DNA of 64,000 nt from Octopus sinensis (taxonomy: Eukaryota), in NCBI RefSeq assembly GCF_006345805.1, contig NC_043001.1, positions 109,306,001 through 109,370,000 on the forward strand. Direction: 5' to 3'. This document shows, piece by piece, positions 55,261 to 64,000 of the stretch. Numbering within the stretch: position 1 is the first letter of the stretch; the number at the start of each line of letters is the position of its first letter. The notes beneath the pieces are model-generated. The model saw only the letters and a program-made list of their open reading frames with translations, did no database searches and was not told where the DNA came from. The translations under genes were made by a program, and so were the position numbers.

Positions 55261-55526
55261 GAAGATAATTCTGTTAATTCACAAATCCTCGTGTTTCTAA
55301 TAATAGAAATACGGGGATTTGAGGATTAACAGAATCGTTAGAATGTTGGAAAAAACGCTTTGCCCGTATTTCTTACTGCACTTTCCACTCTGCATTCAGT
55401 TGCTACCGAGGTTAACGTACCATTTCATCCCTCTGACGGTATAGTACCTACCAAGTACTCGGGCCTATGGTATCGACTAAGTTCCACCTCTATGTATTGC
55501 TACTCTAGTACTTCAGTCAAAAACTG

Positions 55527-56955
55527 TGGAGGCACGTGGCCTAGTGGTTAGAGCAGTGGACTTCCGGTCGAGGGATCGCGGGTTCGAGTCTCAGACCGAG
55601 CGATTTGTGTGTTTAGGAGTGAAACACATAAGCTCCACGCGGCTCCGGCAGAATGTAATGGTGAACTTCTGCTGACTCTTTCGCCACATCTTTCTCTCAC
55701 TCTTTCCTCCTGCATCTTGCAGCTCACTTACGACGGACCGGCGTCCCGTCCAGGTGGGGAATCCAGGAAACCAGGAAACCGGCCCTTATGAGCCAGGCAT
55801 GGCTCGAGAACGATCAAGCAACAAATCTAAAACTATTATTAAGAAAAAGACGAAGAGAGATGTTCGGCTGAATCTTTTGTCGAAAAAAAAGACATTTTTA
55901 TTCTGGCTCTTTAAGTTCAAGTTCAAATTCACCCAAGGTTAACTTTACTTTCCGTCTTCTCAGGGTCGATGCAGCAAAGTAAAAGTCAGATAATATGGTT
56001 GAGTTACCCTAGTAAATCTTTCTCTCAAAATTCAAACCATAACCGATGTAACAAAGAATTTCCAATATCGATGGAGACATTGATATAAACGAGGATATAA
56101 ATTATATTTAATTATATATTGTTGTTTAGTCCCAAGTGTGAAGGCGCATGGCTCAGCGGTGAGAGCGTCGAGCTTATGATTGTGAGATTGTGAGTTCGAT
56201 TCCCGGACCGGGCTGCGTGCTGTGCTCTTGTCTTGATCAAAACACTTTATTTCACGTTGCTCCAGTTCACTCAGCTGCAGAATTGAGTTGCGACATCACA
56301 GGTGCCAAGCTGTATCGGCCCCTTTGCCTTTCCCTTGGATAACATCAGTTGTGTGGAGAGGGGAGGCTGGTATGCATGGGCGACTGCTGGCCTTCTATAA
56401 ACAACCTTGCCCGAGCTTGTACCTCGGAGGGTAACTTTCTAAGTGGAATCCCAAGGTCATTCATGACCGAAGGGGGTCTCTCCAGTCCCAAGTCAACGCT
56501 AGTCTAGCAGCCATTCCATTCACTGCTTTCTACATGTAACCGCTTTTTATTTTCCCGAATATAGTGTATCTAACTTAACGACAATATCTGTCACACACGG
56601 GAGAAAATACATTATATCAGTCCGTTATTGTGCAAGCATTTACTGCTTGCTCTTGCAACACACTGTGGAGACGCAATAGCCCAGTGGTTAGGGCATCGGA
56701 CTTGCGGTCGGAGGATCGCGGTTTCGATTCCCAGACCGTGTTTATTGAACGAAAACACCTAAATCTCCGCGAGGCTCCGGCAGGGGGTGGTGGCGACCCC
56801 TGTTGTACTCTTTCGCCCCAACTTTCTCTCACTCTTTCTTCCAGTCTCTTGGGTAACGCTGCGATGGACTGGCGTAACGTCCTGCTGGGGGAACATATAC
56901 GCCACAGAAACCAGGAAACCGGGCCCATGAGCCTGGCTAGGCTTTAAAAGGGCGA
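55527..56955 (+). mobile_element. Three SINE-C group copies (55527-55815, 56139-56480, 56666-56955)
   Basis: tRNA-like heads with TGGCCTAGTGG / TGGCTCAGCGG / TAGCCCAGTGG A-boxes and GTTCGA or TTTCGA B-boxes. Confidence 0.85.
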
Positions 56956-57329
56956 CGTTTATCATTTTTGTAACACATTGTATCTAAGTTACTTATTAAA
57001 TCTTCCTTTCTTTCTCTAAAGACGGTAGTGGTTCGTTTGAGCTTAGATTTGGTTGATAGCTCTAGCAGGTCGAGCAACTGGGAGTTTCTTATGGGAGTGG
57101 CAAATGCGCTTCGAAATCAACTGAAAACTTCGAAATAATTTCCATTTGCAAACAATCAAAGTCACGTTCGGGATGAAATAAAAATCTTACGTGTTCAATT
57201 CCGTCGTTAATTCCATTGTCAACATCATAATGTTTCATTTTTCATAAAACTATATTCGCCTGCCGTTTCTCTCATTGCAGACAGGAGCACGCAGTAACGA
57301 ACCATTAACCTCTTGTCAAATGGGGCAAA

Positions 57330-57475
57330 AACTTAATTTTGATTCCTGGACGTTGACATCATTTCCCATTGCATATTGTTACAGCATACGAGAATGGCTG
57401 GATTTTATTGCTTATCACATCTACACGCCTCACGCCATAAAACCGCCATACTCCATAGCAATGAAGAAAAATTTA
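57330..57475 (+). pseudogene. Possible decayed Penelope-like RT fragment
   Basis: Frame F*FLDVDI...FYCLSHLHASRHKTAILHS resembles the FLDV.I ... S.H...HK..I..S region of PLE RTs. Confidence 0.25.
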
Positions 57476-57530
57476 TTTCCCCTTCATCTCTGGCATATTA
57501 CTGCTGTCATTCTCTATCTATCTATCTATA

Positions 57531-57590
<60 letters not shown>

Positions 57591-57855
57591 GGCTTGCTCT
57601 AAACTTTCACCCTGTTTCTCTTTGGCACTTAGTCTCTACACCCCCGCTGTACTTCTTTTTCTTCACTCCAAACCTGCTTATCAATGGACATCTTTTATAT
57701 GTGTAATTATGACTTTTCGTTTATAGTGTTAAAGTGCTCAATACGTTCCTGGAATGAAATGTTTAGTGCCCAATAAATATTTATATATCTGTAACTATGC
57801 AATGGAATCCATAATATGATTTCACAGATCTTACAGTGAGTTAGCAAAATAGAGA

Positions 57856-57900
<45 letters not shown>

Positions 57901-58119
57901 TGTATAAGTGTATATATGTATACAGATGTACGTATATATAAATATATATAGATGCACGTATAAACACACACAAACTCGTACATGTATATATATATATATC
58001 GTTGTATCTCAGCTTGTCAACTGGTCAGACTTTTGTCTAATGCCTGTAATAAGGCAAATTCTCTGAATTCAATAAATGTATTTTTTTTCCATCACTAGTA
58101 TTATTCAGGGCAATCATCT

Positions 58120-58514
58120 CAGTTAGTAAGTCGATACCATCGACCTGGTACTTGACCAGCACTATATCTTATCGACTCCCAAATGGATAAAAAGCAAAGC
58201 TGACATCGGTGGGCTTTGAACTCAAAACGGAAAGAAGTGTATCTAATACTGTACAGCACTTTTCTGACTTTCTAACGATATTGGCAGCTCAATGCTTTTA
58301 ATAATAAATATATTGGTCTCACACTTTTGGCACAAAGCCAGCAATTTCGGTGGAGGGTGTAAGTCGATTATATCGATCCGTGTGTTGAGCTGGTCTTTAT
58401 TTTATCGACCCCGAAAAGATGAAATGTAAAGTCTACCTAGGAATATTTTGAAGACGGACGAAATGCCACCGAACATGTTGCCAGGCGTGCTAAAGATACG
58501 GCCAGCTCGCCGCC
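58120..58514 (-). mobile_element. Two tandem diverged SINE-A type-2 copies
   Basis: Head GGCGGCGAGCTGGC at 58514, core motif and tail TTGCTGGCTTTGTGCCAAAA. Confidence 0.8.
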
Positions 58515-60639
58515 TTTAATATTATTTAATATTAATAAGAATTTACTAATAAGTGACGTACACAGGATTATGAACTTAAGAAATGTGGAATACGAACCAT
58601 TTGGTTATTGACAAGAAATCATATATAAGGAGAAAATGAAAAAAGATGTTATGCCAGAAGTATATAAAATATTAGAAACTCGCTAAAAATACAGAATAGG
58701 TATATATTTAGATCGAACACAATTATTGTATAAGAGATAGTCGGGACGTTTTAGTTTAAAATATACGCGAAAACAAACTACATAATCGAGAATCCTACCG
58801 GTGAGAAACCCGCAAAGGGATCTAATTAGGGTACCCCACAATTGTGATTCTCTCCCGCTGGCGTCTATAGTCGTGTCTCGTACTCCAAGTAATCTCCCTC
58901 CCCAGGGAAGTCAAGTGAAGCATGATCTCTTTTGATGGCTTGTATAAACGTCTTTGTAACAGTTTTTTCTTCTTTGAAAGACTCAGTGTAGAGAAACCAT
59001 CTTCTTACCTATCCGTTTTTTTCTGTAATTTCCTATAATATTCTTGTAATTTCTTGAAATCTCCGAATAATATTTCTTTTCCGTGCGAGGAATAGGAAAT
59101 TTCATTGCGATGATGTTCTAGGGAGATGGCCTTCTCACACATTTTGCCTGGTATCTTCTCCTGCTTTTCAATGCTCGCTTTTAGATATAGTCACTTAAAA
59201 GCACTGTTATCATTTTGAGAATTAGCCATGCTGTAAAGCAACCGACGTCATCTAGGTATTTCTATTCCACTTTGTGCTACGTTATTCATGCAGTCTTTAA
59301 CAATAAACTATCATTGTTTTCCTTCTTACACTCCTCTGATGCAGCATTTTTTTCATAGGTTTGATAAACAGACAGCTCTTATTTAAGGGAGAATTTTACG
59401 AGCGTAAAAGTCGCGTTGGATCTTTTCCCATGGCGAAATAAACACAATTCAAACTTCTACTTTGTATAAGGGAAGTCTCTGAGTTTCCTTTCCCTCATTT
59501 TTGTTTTGTCATTTACACTGCAACGAGCTGACATTTCTCGCTAAAATCTTTTCCTTCCCCATCATACCTATGCACGAATGGTGCAATTCAGTGCCATCTA
59601 TTTCTCAGACCGAATAAGCGATAATTTTCTTTGCCATCGATATAGATTACATTAATATTGCTGTGGAAAATCGACCTCAAGACCTACTGTTTGCCTCTAT
59701 CTTTTTAAGGTAACTCTTGCTACATTAAGCATAAAAGGTAGGCTTACGGCCCTGCTCTATCAGTTATATTGCTCTGTTTCTGCCCTAAACATGACATACT
59801 TCAAAATATCCCTGTGGATAGGAACGATAGCAACTTGCAAATTCATGCTTTTACTTCATCACTTATCTCCCCTTGTTCAATTCGCACGTACTATACATCC
59901 CTGTTTCCCATCGAAAATGAAAACAGAACAAGGTTCACTCTCATAGCCAGTGCATCTGCATGTCACTCTAGTATACTGAAGGTCCATGTACTGCAGTGAA
60001 AAAACCTTTGGGGTGTAAATGTTCACTATCTTTGCTTACCATTTTGCCACGTCTTCTGTCCAGTAAAGAAGAGTAACAGATCCGCGCACTCTGTCTTTGT
60101 CAATAAATAAGATACTGTCATACACACCCGATATGGCATCCTTTATATTGTGGTTGGAGAGCTCGAATACGATCCCTCTGTTCGCGAGGGAGAAGTGTGT
60201 CAACTCTTGGGTAATTTCCTCAGACAATGAGAGAAATCTGTCAAGACACTCCTTCCAAAATTGCTTCCTCAAGTGGACCTCACCAGTATCTAAGATTTCC
60301 TTATTGAACTTGACATATGTAGACCAGTATGTGCAAAGCTACAAGTTATCATCGTTGTTTTTGCAATTGTCAAGAGTGTCGATATATTAATTCCCATTTG
60401 TATTAAAAGCTGCAGACAAAACAATATTTTTGTCATCCAATTATTGATGCTTTTAATTACAGTATTTTTATTAATTTTCTTCGTTTTTGCCATAATTTTC
60501 TGTACAGCTGTCAAACCTTTTAATGGAATGAATGTTTGTATCGAAGTTTTGTGTTGAAAATCAATATTCCAGCGTGTTTTTTGAGCAAATTGAGCACCAA
60601 TGATTAAGCAAAACTCTTACGTCTCCCTGAGACAGACAT

Positions 60640-61065
60640 TTAAAAAACCGACAGTGCGGCCTTTCTAAGAAACGACCCCGTGAGCTGAGGTTGCTGTTTG
60701 TTTGTTGAGCGAAGCGGTCTTCGTCTCAGATTGGGAGAAGTCCGAAACGTGGTCCTTTGGTATTCGTAAGACCCGCAGAAGAGAAAGCAGGTCAACCCCT
60801 GACACTGAAAGCATCGATGGATAGATGAATGTGCATCCAGTCTCAGCGGTTGCGTAGGAAGTCGGGGACAAAAAACAGGAAGAAAGAGTGAGAGAAAGTT
60901 GGAGTGAAAGAGTACAATAGGGGTCGCCACCACACCCTGCCAGAGCCTCGTGGACTTTTAGGTGTTTTCGCTCAATAAACACACACAACGCCCGCTCTGG
61001 GAATCGAAACCGCGATCTTCTGACCGCGAATCCGCAGCCCTAACCACTGGGCCATTGCGCCTCCA
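60640..61065 (-). mobile_element. SINE-C head and body with a fourth, different tail
   Basis: Head GGAGGCGCAATGGCCCAGTGGTTAGGG; diverges from other copies after CTCACTCTTTCTTCCTG. Confidence 0.8.
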
Positions 61066-61948
61066 TTTGAGGTTGCTGCTGTTCGTAGTGTCACTGGCCA
61101 GTCTCAGCGGCAATCATATTCGCACGGCACGGCTAAATACGCCATTTGTTCTAGAATGTGCAACTGCTTAATTTCCCTTTCGTCTTTTTCATTGTTTCCT
61201 TGGTGAGGTAGTAATGGTTATGTTTTTTCTCGATAATTTGATCATTTATACCTTTCATTTTTATAGCAAAATTATGTTGTTAATAAAAACAGTCTACCAC
61301 GAAAAAAGAAAAAAGAAATATCAAAAATAAAATAAAAGAAATCATGCCTAGATATAAGCATAGTCTAGTCTGAAAAACGAGTGTGTCATTGCAAAGTATA
61401 CGACGTATTCTCCTACCTATTTTATCTGCCTATGTAATAACAAGCATTGAAACTCTCTCGGTTCTCCCACCTTTGACCCAGGGGAAGTCTCAGGTGAGGG
61501 AGAGAGGACTGTTCCAACAACCGGTGCGTACTCATTTCTGCTAAATAAAATAAAGAACTTGAAAGGAAATGCCTTGGTGAAGGGCACAACCACCATTCGG
61601 CCAGTATTCAAATATACAGTTTAATGAATCCCCAGTAATCCCCAAACCACAATCAGTAGAGCAATCGCCTTCATAAGGCGTAGATATAGATTTAATGGAA
61701 GTTCTTATTCATAAATACACAAAAGTAGGCAGAGAGAATTAATAACATGAGCAAAGTACATCGCGAGGAACAAAACCTGAAATATTACTTGAGTGGCGAA
61801 CAGTGAACTTTCATATAACTACCAAAGTACGATCGTTGGATAAGTTAAGCATAACGGCGATCAGCACAAATTTGCACCAATCTATGTATGTATGTATGTA
61901 TGTATGTATGTATGTATGTATTAATAAGTATGTGAAGTTATGTGTGTC

Positions 61949-61987
<39 letters not shown>

Positions 61988-62534
61988 GTGCGCGCAGAGA
62001 CACACCCACCCACACACACATATATTAATGTATATATGTATATAATTCCATTTATCTATATGACGTGTGTATGTGTTTAATTGACTTAAAGGTTTGGTCG
62101 CTTTAATTTATCGATACTGCTGTACATAGGGTAAATGTCTTTGAAAGTCTTGGTTTCTTTGGTATGTTTGTTCCCTAACAACACTTATTTTGGTGCTGTT
62201 AACACTGCCGGATTGAATGGTACTGCCCAGGTGTCGAAACCATAATGATATCTGTGGGGCAGCTGATGATGGAAGTATGTTGGATTGTTGGTATGGCTGT
62301 TTTTTATATGTGGAATAGTATTATAACACAACCTTTTGATATATGTGTGTGTGTATGTACATATGTGTGCGTGTGCATATGTAAATATATGTGTGCGTGC
62401 GTATGTTTATATATTTGTGGGCGTGTCTGTTTAAAATACATAACCGTACTGAGCTGTAGATCACTTACCAAATGTCTTCTAATTAGTGGAAATCAGTACC
62501 CGGTGGAGCTTCTTCGCAATCTTCATGATCACTT

Positions 62535-62918
62535 CATAATCTTTATGTTGACTAAACGGTTGAGTGTATACAAATCAAAAACAAGGTGTACGTTTGTTCT
62601 GGCTCACAAGACAAGTATGAATCTAAAATTGCCCATAATGAGATTATACATAATCTTTATGTTGACTAAAGCGATCACGTTTATACTGTGGGAACCGCTG
62701 GCCGAATATGGCTACTCGTAGAATTCCATAAAACTCACACAGTTTCTGTAAGATAACATGAAAGCTTATATGTGAAGTTACAAGCTTATATGTGAAGTTG
62801 GGCATATGTTGTTTCCCATTTTATTCTCGGTCATATTCAATCTCATTATTGGCAATTTTAAACTCATACTTTTCTTGTGAGAACGTACACCTTGTATTTG
62901 ATTTGTATACCTTCAGCC
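62535..62918. repeat. 92-bp insert between 22-bp direct repeats, homologous in inverted orientation to 62839-62918
   Basis: CATAATCTTTATGTTGACTAAA at 62535 and 62649; insert GTATACAAATCAAAAACAAGGTGTACGTT...ATAATGAGATT. Confidence 0.85.
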
Positions 62919-63186
62919 CTTGTAAGGGATACTCAGTATAATCCCCATGAGAAATTGGAATTAATTGCAAAGTATCCGTCGTGGTGAGATCTGAACTAGC
63001 GTTTGATTCCGATTGTCGTGAAAGCAACGTTTTCTCGTTATGAATAGCTAACCTTAACATTGTTTGGTTTAAAGAACTAATGACATTTGAGAGTATATAG
63101 CAAGTACGGATTTGCAAAGGAATGAAATTTCTTGGTTATATCCTATATATCTGTCAGCAAATTCAGAGAGCCCAAACAGAATGAAT

Positions 63187-63231
<45 letters not shown>

Positions 63232-63538
63232 TATATATTAATATAGATAAATGAAAGAATGGAGTCGAACGACGATTTAACAAAATTCCTTTATTCCTAT
63301 ATATTAATATAGCTACTTTATAAACATGTAGACTTTGTATATTGGAAAATTTTCAAAGGCTGACAAAGATTATAATATATTTAACAGAAATACCAAGGCA
63401 TTCCATAACTGATAGCACAGGGTGACATTGCTCATGGAACATCTAAACCGGCTATACATGCCGAAAATTACGTCGCAACTTCAAGTAACTATCGATTAAG
63501 AGAAAAGCTGACCTTATCACATGTCGATGAATATATAC

Positions 63539-63592
<54 letters not shown>

Positions 63593-64000
63593 TATATATA
63601 TATTATATATATATATATACTATATCACATGTTGACGAATATATAGTTAAGATGTTTAGGCGTGTAAATTTGCAAATAGTTGTATTTTCGGCGATGCGAG
63701 TAACAAAACCCATAATACTAACGACAAATAAGGTGCAACATACTCAGGGATCCGTGATTACCCTCGAAAACACACGCACACACGCGCGCGCGCGCACACG
63801 CACACATGCACACACACACACGCACTCACTCACACACATGCACTCACTCATGTGTGCTCGCATGTTTACATATATATGTGTATATATGTTTGTTTACATT
63901 GGTTTAGATCCAAAGGCGCATGGAAAGCTACAACAAATTTATAAACATTTATTTATCGAGTTGACATATAGAATGACAAAAGAATTTTTTATTAACTTTA

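Noticed and set aside
55527-55600. tRNA gene calls at SINE heads (also 39605, 56139, 56666, 61065)
   Set aside because: A/B boxes are present but they continue into SINE bodies and lack a full cloverleaf and acceptor stem.

Overview
AT-rich eukaryotic (metazoan) DNA, mostly intergenic or intronic, dominated by microsatellites ((TA)n, (ATGT)n, (TCTA)n, (CA)n, (ATT)n, (GGT)n) and tRNA-derived SINEs. The repeat landscape resembles my recollection of octopus genomes (inference, not verified). Almost all ORFs in the track are microsatellite artefacts. The SINE labels A, B and C are mine. Supported content: (1) three modular SINE groups, with SINE-A forming head+(body)n arrays that share one junction; (2) an L1/Tx1-type ORF1 (CCHC knuckle) element with no ORF2 that ends in the same 3' tail as SINE-A, duplicated in tandem through a chimeric SINE; (3) several type-I hammerhead ribozyme motifs of the Penelope-like (PLE) kind, one with an intact core; (4) RTE LINE fragments, a 419-bp MITE with a 6-bp TSD, a probable hAT MITE and a palindromic 70-bp minisatellite; (5) one good host-gene candidate, a signal-peptide first exon at 36840-36900 (+) downstream of a SINE-poor, GA-rich region. 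No rRNA, bona fide tRNA or CRISPR array is seen. All alignments were done by eye and boundaries are approximate.
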